Positions 48,880 to 58,252 of a stretch of 64,000 bases of DNA are shown here, one piece after another (position 1 is the stretch's first letter; each line of letters starts with the position of its first letter). This DNA comes from Pseudomonadota bacterium (GTDB lineage: Bacteria; Myxococcota_A; Bradymonadia; UBA4248). The DNA lies in assembly GCA_017441205.1 (NCBI GenBank), contig JAFRYG010000067.1, positions 140 through 64,139 on the forward strand, read 5' to 3'. The position numbers and the translations under genes are program-made. The notes below the pieces were generated by a model, which searched no databases, was not told the origin of the DNA, and saw only the letters and a list, made by a program, of their open reading frames with translations.

Positions 48880-48904
48880 AAAAAAAGGGACGCTTTTGCG
48901 TCCC
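48880..48904 (-). terminator. Intrinsic terminator for the Cys-rich protein gene
   Basis: A gggacgc-tttt-gcgtccc hairpin is preceded on the plus strand by A7, which reads as T7 downstream on the minus strand. Confidence 0.6.
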
Positions 48905-48950
48905 TTGTGGCAATTCTGTACGGGGCATCTGCCCCGGACAACCTTGTGGT

Positions 48951-50063
48951 TTATTTGTAATTGTCGAAGATGCAAACCTTGTTGAGGCAACGGAAATTCG
49001 CATTCTTGGCATTGCAGTCGGAATCCTGGAAGCAGGAAACTGAGCAGCGGCCATTGTTGCAAACCATACCCTTGCCCGAGCAGTCTTCGTCGCGGGTACA
49101 GGCGAGTTCGTTGCCGCGGAAGCAAATACCGGAATCGAGGTTGTTTTCGCTCAGGTAGCAGAAGTAACCCGAATCACATTCACGATCGGTGTAGCAGTCA
49201 ATCGTGCAGTAGTTTGCTTTGTTATTGCTCGTATCGGTGTACTGAATGCAGATGTTCAGTGCGGCACCGTCGATGTTGGATTTGTAGCCGGCATCAATAC
49301 AATCCTGATACGTGTTGCATTCGCTCAGGTTGTTCTGGGACAGGACGCAGCTGTGATTATCGCAGATACCATTCTCGAAGCAGTCAGCATCGCTGTTGCA
49401 ATAGCTCGTGCTGCAGGAATTGTTGGCAGGAATGCACTGCTGGACACTCTGGCTTACGCTGTTGTCCGAAACGACGACGCAGCTGTAGCCGCTTGGGCAA
49501 TCCGCGAACGTCTCGCAGGCACGCGTACAAACCTGTTCGCCGCTGTCGAGGAGCGTACATGCGGCACCATCTTCATAGCAGTCACCCGAACGGTTGCATA
49601 AGCCGCACATCGCAACGCTGCCGCGTTGGCTGCTCTGACCGCCCTGAGGATTGGGGGCTGGTGTATATCCGCCGCCGCCGTAATATTCACAGACACCACC
49701 GCGGCAGGTAGCATTGGCGCCGCAGTCGCGATCAGTCCAGCACTCGGGCGGTTCTTCACATACCGTGTAGGGATGGCAATGTTCGGCGCAGTCCTGCCAG
49801 CATTCATCTACGCAGACATCATAAGGATTGCAAACATCTACGCATTCATCCCAGCAATAAAAGGCATCACAGACCGTCGAACATGAGGATTCGCATACAC
49901 TTTCTGTATGGCAGACCGGGCTGCAGACGGTACCGCACGAAACGCCGCAGGAATACTCTGTGCGCTCAAGGCAGTTCGAATCCACATAACATGCCTGAAG
50001 GCCGCAGGCACAAAGCGCTGCTGCAAGGACAAACGAAATTCTGCTCGCTAATACGTTTTTCAT
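48951..50063 (-). CDS. Secreted cysteine-rich protein (about 70 Cys in 370 aa)
   Basis: MKNVLASRISFVLAAALCACG is a signal peptide with lipobox. Dense C-x(3-4)-C repeats fill the rest, with EGF-like spacing in the C-terminal half. Confidence 0.55.
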   Translation of the reverse strand: MKNVLASRISFVLAAALCACGLQACYVDSNCLERTEYSCGVSCGTVCSPVCHTESVCESSCSTVCDAFYCWDECVDVCNPYDVCVDECWQDCAEHCHPYTVCEEPPECWTDRDCGANATCRGGVCEYYGGGGYTPAPNPQGGQSSQRGSVAMCGLCNRSGDCYEDGAACTLLDSGEQVCTRACETFADCPSGYSCVVVSDNSVSQSVQQCIPANNSCSTSYCNSDADCFENGICDNHSCVLSQNNLSECNTYQDCIDAGYKSNIDGAALNICIQYTDTSNNKANYCTIDCYTDRECDSGYFCYLSENNLDSGICFRGNELACTRDEDCSGKGMVCNNGRCSVSCFQDSDCNAKNANFRCLNKVCIFDNYK

Positions 50064-50340
50064 CTCTATTTCTCCTAAATGCTGTGTGCCTTATGGCACC
50101 GTCTTAGTTTGATTATTCAGACTGTAGAACGTCATCAAAATGACGAAGCCAAGTATATGGCATTTTTATGCCAAAATGACAATTTTCATATTTTGTATCA
50201 AACCATACATCACCCATAAAAAGTCTCTGAACGACCTGTGTGCTGACATGCTTGGATCTTGAATGGCGGTTGCTGCATTCTCTAAGAACAAAGCTCAGAA
50301 CTCAAAGTTGCAATCAATATGGCTGCCGCACGTAGCCAAC

Positions 50341-50372
50341 AAAAAAAGCCAGCCATTTCTGGCTGGCTTTGA
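50341..50372 (-). terminator. Intrinsic terminator after lnt
   Basis: A gccagcc-atttct-ggctggc hairpin is flanked by A7 on the plus strand and T3. It could act as a bidirectional terminator. Confidence 0.6.
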
Positions 50373-50391
50373 ATGCTGCAGCGTATCGGGA

Positions 50392-52530
50392 TCAGCTTGC
50401 CGGTTGTGAATTCACTGCTTCTGCGGCAGCTTCAGGTGCTTCGGAAGCCGGCGGTTCAGCAGGTTTTCCCTGATCTGTTGCATTGGGTACCACTTTTTCA
50501 GACGATTTCCTGTTGCGCCGTGAATCGCGGATCCTCAGAAAACTCAGAAATGCAACCCAGGCTAACGCAAGCCATCCAAGAATATCGCCGATATAACTGT
50601 AGATCGTGCGCGATGGCGGCATCATTGCTACGGATTGTCTCAGAATTTCGGGTTCGTGAATGGAGGTATGCTGAACCATGCGGCCATTCGGATCCACAAA
50701 TGCACTGACGCCCGTATTGGTCGAACGTATCAGCCATTTGCGGTGTTCAACCGTGCGCATCATGGCCAGCGCCAGATGGAGCATGGGTTCGGCCGTTTTG
50801 CCGAACCATGCGTCGTTCGTCATGTTGACGAGAACATGGGGATTGAGTTTCGAGAGCTCCCTGACATAACGCGGAAGGATATCTTCGTAGCAAATAATCG
50901 GGCCGAGCGAATATCCACGCAGACTCAGTGTCTTGATTTCATCGCCCCGCGTCAGATTGCCGGCCTCCGGCAAAATATCATATACCCACGGAATTTTATC
51001 GGCATAAGGAATGTACTCGCCGAACATCAGCAGGTAATTCTTGTGATAGTTGCCGATAACACGGCCATCCTTCTCAAGCATAATCGCCGTATTAAACAGT
51101 TTGCGTTCTGTTCCGCTGGCTTTGTAGAGTCTGTCAAAATCGAATTCCTTGTCCGACGCAGTGCCGAGTGTCAGCGTGCCGAATATGACGGCTGCATCAA
51201 AATCGCGAATGGGAGAGCTGAAGTCCTCAGGCCGGATTTGTTTGTCGAGATCCGCCTTGCGGCTCGAACGCAGAGGTTCCGCACTGGGCAGATAATAAGT
51301 CAGATCATCGGGGGCAAGACGCGTATAGGGGCAGCGCGTGATAAAGGGTTTTTGTTCTGAACAGCGAACGGGGATGCCCTTGACCAGACTCTTGTTAAAA
51401 GGTTCGAGCGTGCGCAGTCCCTGCTCTTCGGCAGCCTGCATCAAGGCCTGCATCATCGAATAATGGATCGCGGGATTTCGGTGAAAATTCTCACCGAAAC
51501 CGCTGTCTATTGCAGAATAAATCAGATGTGCCGTCGGTTGGAACCAGGGCGCATACAGGGAATCCAGTTCGTGATCCAGAGGGTTGTCCGTGACTTTTCG
51601 GCTGCCCCATAGCAATCCCTGCTGATAGGCAGATTCCGGCCACACCAGCAGATCAACGCCTTCTTCAGACAGCTTGTGCGAAAGCGTATGGTGGATAAAA
51701 AGATTGTTGCGCATCTTTTCCGGCGGCTCTTTTTCCCAGATCCCAACGTCCGCTTCCACCATGCCGACCATCAATTTTGGCGCGTCGGCTTCAATCGCGT
51801 CGATCTGGGCAATCCGGATTGGCGCATAAATAAAGGCAAATGCAATATAGCCAAGCGAAAGGCCAATCATCACGCGATTGAAGCGGACTGTCTTGTCCCT
51901 GCGGCGCAGCCACAATGTTCGCGTAACATCAAAAATGAGCACATTGCATATCGTCAGTAAAAACGTTACGCCCAGTACACCCAGAATATCCGCCGTCTGA
52001 ATCGCAGGAATGAAATTGTATTGGCTGTTGGCATAATACCAGGGAAACAGCATCGGGAAAAATGCTTCAATCGCCACGAAAAGTGCACAGCCCGCAACCC
52101 AGATCGATTTCGCATTGATTTTGTTCACGCCCCAGGCCCAAAGGGCATACACGAGTCCCTGAACAATGCCGAGTCCGGTACACAAGAGCGTCGAAAGCCA
52201 GAACGGCATGTGACCGAAATCTTCCAAAAGACTTCCGACCCAATAAAATCCGCCAATGTTCGTAATCGAACCGGCCAGCCAGCCCATGAAAAATGATTTG
52301 CGCGGACTCAGACCCTCCACAGCCCAAAGCTCAAGCGCCAATGCAAAATAGGCCAGATAAAATTGATTGAAGTTCGGAAACGCAAGAAAAACACATGTCC
52401 CGCCTACACAGGCAAACAAAAACCTCAGCGGCCACGGAACGTGGATTTTGGGCGTCGGGCTGCTCGAAAATAAAGCCAGTGTAAGGCGATCCAATAAATT
52501 GGGGGGCTTTGTATTGTTCACGGAATTCAT
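50392..52530 (-). CDS. lnt: Apolipoprotein N-acyltransferase, unusually long (712 aa) with an internal insertion and a Pro/Glu/Ala-rich C-terminal tail after an extra transmembrane helix
   Basis: An N-terminal polytopic membrane region is followed by a CN-hydrolase domain (...ICYEDILP...NMTNDAWFGKT...). Confidence 0.85.
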   Translation of the reverse strand: MNSVNNTKPPNLLDRLTLALFSSSPTPKIHVPWPLRFLFACVGGTCVFLAFPNFNQFYLAYFALALELWAVEGLSPRKSFFMGWLAGSITNIGGFYWVGSLLEDFGHMPFWLSTLLCTGLGIVQGLVYALWAWGVNKINAKSIWVAGCALFVAIEAFFPMLFPWYYANSQYNFIPAIQTADILGVLGVTFLLTICNVLIFDVTRTLWLRRRDKTVRFNRVMIGLSLGYIAFAFIYAPIRIAQIDAIEADAPKLMVGMVEADVGIWEKEPPEKMRNNLFIHHTLSHKLSEEGVDLLVWPESAYQQGLLWGSRKVTDNPLDHELDSLYAPWFQPTAHLIYSAIDSGFGENFHRNPAIHYSMMQALMQAAEEQGLRTLEPFNKSLVKGIPVRCSEQKPFITRCPYTRLAPDDLTYYLPSAEPLRSSRKADLDKQIRPEDFSSPIRDFDAAVIFGTLTLGTASDKEFDFDRLYKASGTERKLFNTAIMLEKDGRVIGNYHKNYLLMFGEYIPYADKIPWVYDILPEAGNLTRGDEIKTLSLRGYSLGPIICYEDILPRYVRELSKLNPHVLVNMTNDAWFGKTAEPMLHLALAMMRTVEHRKWLIRSTNTGVSAFVDPNGRMVQHTSIHEPEILRQSVAMMPPSRTIYSYIGDILGWLALAWVAFLSFLRIRDSRRNRKSSEKVVPNATDQGKPAEPPASEAPEAAAEAVNSQPAS

Positions 52531-52683
52531 CGTCGGAAAAAGATACTATATATAATGATGCGCAGGTTGTTCGCGCCTCCGGATACAGACCGGAATGGAA
52601 ATGGATTTCCTGAATTTTCGGGAATATACGAATGAGGCTGCGGTATTATTCAGATGTGTTGCAAAAGATGCATCCGCAATGGT

Positions 52684-53229
52684 CTAAAAAACACATCGGA
52701 GCTTGGATTCGCCATACACTTTGTCGGCCATCTTATGGGCATTCTTGCTCCAGAATTTGCGCGTCAGATTGCGCTTGACCGGCGAAAGACGCTCGATAAA
52801 GACAGAACCATCCAGATGGCTGTTCTCGTGCAAAAGGGCGACGGCCCTCAGTTCATGGGCTTCCTCGCGGAAGGTTTCTCCATGAATGTCCTGCGCCTCG
52901 ATAATCACATGCGCAAACGTATTCACATCCTTATAAAGTCCGGGCAGCGAAAGACAGCCCTCGTTCCATACGACCGGATCATCCTTCAGAATAATCTGTG
53001 GGTTAATGTAGGCCTTCAGGGATGATGGCTCTTCGGGCGTACTCGTGTCGACGATAAATATGCGCTTGCTGATTCCTACCTGGGGCGCGGCAAGGCCGAC
53101 GCCCTGGCCTTCGTACATTGTGTCGGCCATGTCTTCGATTAGTTTTTTGAGCTTTTCGTCAAATTCTGTCACAGGTTCCGCTTTCTGAGTCAGAATAGGG
53201 TGGGGATAGATGTAGAGATCTAAAATCAT
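52684..53229 (-). CDS. def: Peptide deformylase
   Basis: GVGLAAPQ, EGCLSLPG and HELRAV...HENSHLDG match PDF motifs 1-3. Confidence 0.9.
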   Translation of the reverse strand: MILDLYIYPHPILTQKAEPVTEFDEKLKKLIEDMADTMYEGQGVGLAAPQVGISKRIFIVDTSTPEEPSSLKAYINPQIILKDDPVVWNEGCLSLPGLYKDVNTFAHVIIEAQDIHGETFREEAHELRAVALLHENSHLDGSVFIERLSPVKRNLTRKFWSKNAHKMADKVYGESKLRCVF

Positions 53230-53332
53230 ATTGCTCCTTGAATCATTTTGCCCAAATCGGACGTCGACTATATAGCCCCGGAACCGGTTTTTTTAAAAGA
53301 GATAATCCGTAGACACCACAAAAATGCCCTGG

Positions 53333-53412
53333 CGTATGGGCGCCCGCATGGCGCCCCATAGCCAGGGCCAGATGCGCCGTATGCAGCCGTCAGGCAAATA
53401 GGCGCATGCGCC
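53333..53412. repeat. REP-like palindromes cgTATGGGCGCCcgcatGGCGCCCCATAgc and GGCGCATGCGCC in the def / eamA divergent region
   Basis: Inverted repeats read directly. The motif ccgtcaggc is shared with 22945-23027 and 37190-37290. Confidence 0.4.
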
Positions 53413-53485
53413 AAAAGCCTTGACCATTCCCGGTATGCGCGTTAAACCGCCCCGAAATCTGCACTTTCAAATGGAGTACGGGTGC

Positions 53486-54391
53486 ATGAACAATTTAAAA
53501 TATATATGGGTTCTTTTGACGGCGCTCGCGTTCGGAACGATGGAAATCGCGCTTAAAATCGGCGGCAGTGCCTATACGGCGCTTCAGCTGACGTTTCTGC
53601 GATTCCTCATCGGCGGGCTGTTTTTGCTGCCTTTCGCCATTCACGATCTAAAAAAACGCAATTATCGACTGACCGGACATGATATCGGATTCATCGCCAT
53701 GCTCGGTTTGATCAACATCGTCGTGAGTATGACGCTGTTTCAGGAAAGCGTCATGCATACCAATGCCAATCTGGCGGCGGTGCTGATATCGTTCAATCCC
53801 ATGTTTACGATGGTTTTTGCGCATTTCGTGGCAAGCGAGAGGTTTACGAAAAAAAAGGCGCTCGTACTGGCCATTTGTATGACCGGCCTCGTTCTCGTGG
53901 CTAATCCGTTGAATCTGGCAAGCGGCAATGAACCCATCGGCATCGCCATGGGACTCGGTGCGTCGGCCGCATTTGGGCTCTATACCGCGCTGAGCAAGCG
54001 CTGCGTCGGACGCATCGGCGGCATGGCCCTCAACAGCATGAGTTTTCTCATCGGCGCATTCTTTGAGCTCATCGTGCTGCTCGCAATGGGAGAACCCGTG
54101 TTTTCGGGCATCAATGCAGATACCATCGGCGTGCTCCTGTACGTCGGTTTCATCGTCACCGGTTTCGGTTATTTCTGCTTCATGCGCGCCATCGAAAAAG
54201 GCGGCGCATCGACGGCATCATACGCTTTCTTCGTCAAGCCTATCATCGCCATGATTCTGGCCGCAATCATCCTCTCGGAACCCATCACCTGGAACATCGT
54301 TCTCGGCATTCTGCTCATACTCGCCGGATGCATATTCAACGTCTATCATAAAAAGCCAAAGGCAGAGCCAGGAGCATTAACAAATAAATAA
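53486..54391 (+). CDS. EamA/DMT-family transporter (10 transmembrane helices)
   Basis: The ATG at 53486 gives MNNLKYIWVLLTALAFGTMEIALK. Two EamA-like halves are present. Confidence 0.8.
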   Translation: MNNLKYIWVLLTALAFGTMEIALKIGGSAYTALQLTFLRFLIGGLFLLPFAIHDLKKRNYRLTGHDIGFIAMLGLINIVVSMTLFQESVMHTNANLAAVLISFNPMFTMVFAHFVASERFTKKKALVLAICMTGLVLVANPLNLASGNEPIGIAMGLGASAAFGLYTALSKRCVGRIGGMALNSMSFLIGAFFELIVLLAMGEPVFSGINADTIGVLLYVGFIVTGFGYFCFMRAIEKGGASTASYAFFVKPIIAMILAAIILSEPITWNIVLGILLILAGCIFNVYHKKPKAEPGALTNK

Positions 54392-54392
54392 T

Positions 54393-54477
54393 CTGTACAG
54401 ACGTGTCGTGACACGTCTCTTTAATTCACGATTCGCTGGCTGATTTTTTTGTACAGACGTTCCGTGGAACGTCTCTG
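54393..54477. repeat. Two family-B palindromic elements: tgtacAGACGTGTCGTGACACGTCTct and gtacAGACGTTCCGTGGAACGTCTct
   Basis: They lie directly after the eamA stop and are followed by the tctattcact...ccaccggg tail seen at 31261. Confidence 0.7.
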
Positions 54478-55035
54478 GCATCTATTCACTATCCTGGCCA
54501 CCGGGCACGATTAACTTGTGGTCAATTTGCCTACATGTGGTGTAATGTGGTTTTTTTTTGATAGTGCTTGAGGTAACTAGGGTTACCTCATGCTCCCTTC
54601 CCGCCCGCCGACTCGCCGTCCTAACCCCAAAATCCAGCGAATTTGCACACCACACCCTTTCGACATGAAGCTGTCGTAAAAATGGGCGTCCCAATGTGCG
54701 CGGCATATACGGCACTTCAGCATCATTGCCCGCGTCCGGGATACACTGATGCTGCAAACCGCCCCTCGGTTATCCGTACATTATGTCTGGGAATGCTTTT
54801 GTCAGACAAATCCGGATGGATACATACTGCCTCTCATGCAACAGGAAGGACCATTCCTTCATTCTCATGATGCCATCGGGACAGAATTGTTTCACTTTGG
54901 CGTACGATTTTTTTTCAGTGTCGGCGGCACAGCGGCGCCAGACTTCCGTTGAACCGGGCGGCACATACACAAAGCTCCGTGTGAAAACGAATTTTTACAG
55001 CATGATATTTGTATTTTGCTATAATGCCTGCGCTT

Positions 55036-55100
55036 TTCGGCTGCGCCGAATACGCCGCAGGCTGCGCCGCTATTCGCATGGCGAATACGCTGCGCAGTGT
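55036..55100. repeat. REP-like overlapping palindromes ctgcgccgcTATTCGCatgGCGAATAcgctgcgcag
   Basis: A TATTCGC / GCGAATA core lies upstream of tsaC. Confidence 0.45.
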
Positions 55101-55142
55101 CAGGGGAATGTCACCTATCGGTAAACACGAGGAATAATTCGT

Positions 55143-55793
55143 ATGAATATTGAAGTGACTGTGTCTCGGGATCTTCCAATGGAACCGCAGATCTTTCTGG
55201 CTGCTCAGGCTTTGCTCAACGGTGAAATTGTCATTTTCCCGACCGAAACGGTTTATGGAGTCGCTGCAGATGCGATTAATGATGATGCGATTGAACACCT
55301 GATTTCACTCAAGCAAAGACCGGATAACAAGCCGTTTCCTGTGATGGTTTCCGATCTCGGAATGGCCGAAACCCTCGCTGATATCGGCGCAGCTCGCGAA
55401 TTGGCAAAGGATTTCTGGCCAGGGCCGCTGACCTTGGTTTTGCCCGACAAATCATGCCTTTGTTCGGCGTGTGTCGCAGACGGTTTCATCGGTATCCGGT
55501 GCCCGAATCATCCCGTTGCTCAGGCGATCCTTAAAATTGCCGGTATTCCCCTCGCAGTTCCCAGTGCCAATGTTTCGAACGATCCTCCGGCAAAATGTTC
55601 ATTCGAAGCCCGGCGTGTGTTCATGGGACAGGATATTGCGTTCAGAATCATGGAGGCTGATCAGTGTCAGGGCGTGCCGACGACTGTGCTCAAAATTGAA
55701 CCTAAAACATGGACTATTCTGCGTAAAGGACCGGTTTCTGAGCAGACCATTCGGGGATACTTGCCGGAAGGAGTCACTTTATGCGTGCTCTGA
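55143..55793 (+). CDS. tsaC: L-threonylcarbamoyladenylate synthase, short TsaC/YrdC form
   Basis: EIVIFPTETVYGVAADA, the KQRPDNKPFPVMV pattern and the 216-aa length all fit TsaC. Confidence 0.8.
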   Translation: MNIEVTVSRDLPMEPQIFLAAQALLNGEIVIFPTETVYGVAADAINDDAIEHLISLKQRPDNKPFPVMVSDLGMAETLADIGAARELAKDFWPGPLTLVLPDKSCLCSACVADGFIGIRCPNHPVAQAILKIAGIPLAVPSANVSNDPPAKCSFEARRVFMGQDIAFRIMEADQCQGVPTTVLKIEPKTWTILRKGPVSEQTIRGYLPEGVTLCVL

Positions 55794-56728
55794 GGTTTGT
55801 GCATCACCTGATTTGGGGACTCGCAGGACTCTCCCTGGCTGGAATATGCGCTTGTTCTAATGATAACAATACTCCGGATACTCCGGCGCCCAATCCGGCA
55901 AAACGGATCAGTGTCGCGACCTGGAACGTTCACAATTTCTTCGATACCGTATGCGATTCCGGGGCTTGCGGCGGCGATAATTACGAACCCAGCGTCTCAC
56001 AGAGTGCCTATTTTGATAAACTCAATTCCGTCGTCAGCGGCATTCGGTTTATCAATGCAGATGTCATGCTGCTTCAGGAAATTGAGAATCAGACATGCTT
56101 CGACGATATCATTAAAGAATTGAATTCGAACAGTAAACAGGAAGTCAGCGGCGTATTCGGTGAGCAGGGAAAAGCTGCATCCATGGACGTCGGTATCATT
56201 GTGCGCGGGCAAATTAAAGGCGTTCAAAAATATCGCGATGATCACCCCATTGCTCAGCCGGATGGAACGACCAAACTGCTCGCCAGAGAATTGCTTCAGG
56301 CAGATATCGTTCTCCATAATGGCGTCGAACTGACGGCATTTACGACGCATTTCGTTTCAAAGGCAACGGATGCTGTCGGCGATCGCCGCCAGGGCGAAGC
56401 CGATCTGACTCAGAAAATTCTGGCTGAATATGTTCAGGCTCATCCGGAAAGACTCGTCGTGTTCGGCGGCGATCTGAATGATTTTCCGGATTCTCCGCAG
56501 ATTCAGGCTCTGAGCAGGGATGGAATCCTGACGAGCGTGACCAAAAATATGCCGGCAAATGAGATTCTGACCTGGCGAAATGCATCTGCACTCGATCATA
56601 TCTTTTATCCATCGGCATATGAATCATGCCTCAAGGATACGCGCATCATCTGCGATGAAAAAAGGTATGACGGATTCAATACGAGCGACCATTGTTCCGT
56701 CAAGGCCGTATTCGACTGGATACCCTGA
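55781..56728 (+). CDS. Secreted lipoprotein of the endonuclease/exonuclease/phosphatase (EEP) family
   Basis: AGLSLAGICACS is a lipobox. VATWNVHNFFD is the EEP N-terminal motif. The C-terminal DH is present. The gene overlaps tsaC by 13 bp. Confidence 0.75.
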   Translation: MRALRFVHHLIWGLAGLSLAGICACSNDNNTPDTPAPNPAKRISVATWNVHNFFDTVCDSGACGGDNYEPSVSQSAYFDKLNSVVSGIRFINADVMLLQEIENQTCFDDIIKELNSNSKQEVSGVFGEQGKAASMDVGIIVRGQIKGVQKYRDDHPIAQPDGTTKLLARELLQADIVLHNGVELTAFTTHFVSKATDAVGDRRQGEADLTQKILAEYVQAHPERLVVFGGDLNDFPDSPQIQALSRDGILTSVTKNMPANEILTWRNASALDHIFYPSAYESCLKDTRIICDEKRYDGFNTSDHCSVKAVFDWIP

Positions 56729-56746
56729 TTTGAAAAACATGGGGGC

Positions 56747-56804
56747 AAGACGTGTCGTGACACGTCTCTGACGAGTACAGACGTGTCGCGACACGTCTCT
56801 AACA
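56747..56804. repeat. Two adjacent family-B palindromes: aAGACGTGTCGTGACACGTCTctgac and gtacAGACGTGTCGCGACACGTCTctaac
   Basis: Directly after the EEP gene stop. Confidence 0.7.
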
Positions 56805-56929
56805 CCCAACGAATCAAGAACTACTCATTTGCGTCAGCAATAAATTATGTTATACGGGCGCATTTGCATGATTAATAAATCATGCATTAAGGTTATTTAT
56901 CAACCACATACATCAAAGAGAAATCATTC

Positions 56930-58093
56930 ATGAATGTCATCCTCCTATCTCCCCATTTTCCGCCAAATCATGTCAATTACGCCAAGGCTCTGAAGCGTTA
57001 CGGTGACACTGTGCTTGGTATCGGTGACAGTCCTGATATTACGGATGAGCTGCGCTATGCACTGGATGAATATGTATATGTCCCGGATATGACAAATTAC
57101 GATTCCATGCTTCGAACGGTGGCTTATCTGACATCCAAATATGGAAAAATCGATCGCATCGATTCCCAGAATGAATTCTGGCTTGGGATCGAAGCCCAGT
57201 TGCGCGAAGATTTTAATATCTTCGGACAAAAACCTGCTCAGACTGATGTCAATCGCAGCAAACTCGAAATGAAAAGAGTTGCCCGTGCCGCTGGTATTCC
57301 CGTGGCCGAAGGTATGGAAGTTGAAGATGTCGATCAGCTCCGGAAATTCGCAGCAAGAGTGGGATTTCCCATCGTCGTCAAACCTGTTGTCGGCGTTGGT
57401 GCTTCGGCAACCTACGCTCTCAATGATGAAGAAGATATTGAACATTGTTTCGAATATGTTCATGGCCGCTATATCTGTGAACAATATATTCATGGAGATA
57501 TTGTCACGTTCGATGGGTATGTCGACCGAAGCGGACGCATTATTTTCCATACTTCGCATGAATACAATGCCGGTGTCATGGAAAGCGTGAATAATGCTGA
57601 GTCCATGTATTACTATAATGTGATTCATGTCGATCCGCTTCTGGAAGAACTTGGGCGTAAAGCTGTCGAAGCCTTTAATGTTCGTGAACGCTTCTTCCAT
57701 ATCGAATGGTTCCGGACGAACAATAATCCTACGGCATACTGCTTCCTCGAAATCAATGTTCGTCCGCCTGGGCTCTATACCATCGATATGATGAACTATT
57801 CCGCTGATATCGATTTGTACGATATGTGGGCTGCTTCATTCCACGACAACTATCCATGCATCAATGCCCCGGTGAAGTATTCTATCGGTTTTGCAGGAAG
57901 ACGCGTGAATGTTCATCATAAACATTCTGATGAAGAAATTCACGCCCGTTATAGCGATTACATGGTGATGGCTGAACCGGTTCCCGGGGCGTATGCAGAT
58001 GCCATGGGCGAGTTTTTCTATTTGGTCAAGCATCACGATGTCGGGCGCGTCAAGGAAATTTTGAATTATATCCTTGAAGTCGCAGATGAATAG
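56930..58093 (+). CDS. ATP-grasp domain protein (carboxylate-amine ligase-like)
   Basis: Domain order and motifs (GFPIVVKPVVGVGASATYAL, EQYIHGDIVTFDGYV) fit the ATP-grasp fold. Confidence 0.65.
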   Translation: MNVILLSPHFPPNHVNYAKALKRYGDTVLGIGDSPDITDELRYALDEYVYVPDMTNYDSMLRTVAYLTSKYGKIDRIDSQNEFWLGIEAQLREDFNIFGQKPAQTDVNRSKLEMKRVARAAGIPVAEGMEVEDVDQLRKFAARVGFPIVVKPVVGVGASATYALNDEEDIEHCFEYVHGRYICEQYIHGDIVTFDGYVDRSGRIIFHTSHEYNAGVMESVNNAESMYYYNVIHVDPLLEELGRKAVEAFNVRERFFHIEWFRTNNNPTAYCFLEINVRPPGLYTIDMMNYSADIDLYDMWAASFHDNYPCINAPVKYSIGFAGRRVNVHHKHSDEEIHARYSDYMVMAEPVPGAYADAMGEFFYLVKHHDVGRVKEILNYILEVADE

Positions 58094-58252
58094 AATCGTG
58101 TCTGTTTCGGCGTAAAAAGGGGGAGTACGCCGAAAAAAGGTCATTTTATTGCTAAAATTTTGAGCTGATCTATGCTGTAGCGGATGCTGGCAAAAGGTCG
58201 GCTGTCTTGGATTATTGTGGCGCGTTCACGGATGAATAAAGGCGCATAATAT

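Noticed and set aside
31186-56804. Whether the palindromic repeats form a CRISPR array
   Set aside because: The repeats are themselves perfect palindromes. They are dispersed singly or in pairs over 25 kb without regularly sized unique spacers, and no cas genes are present.
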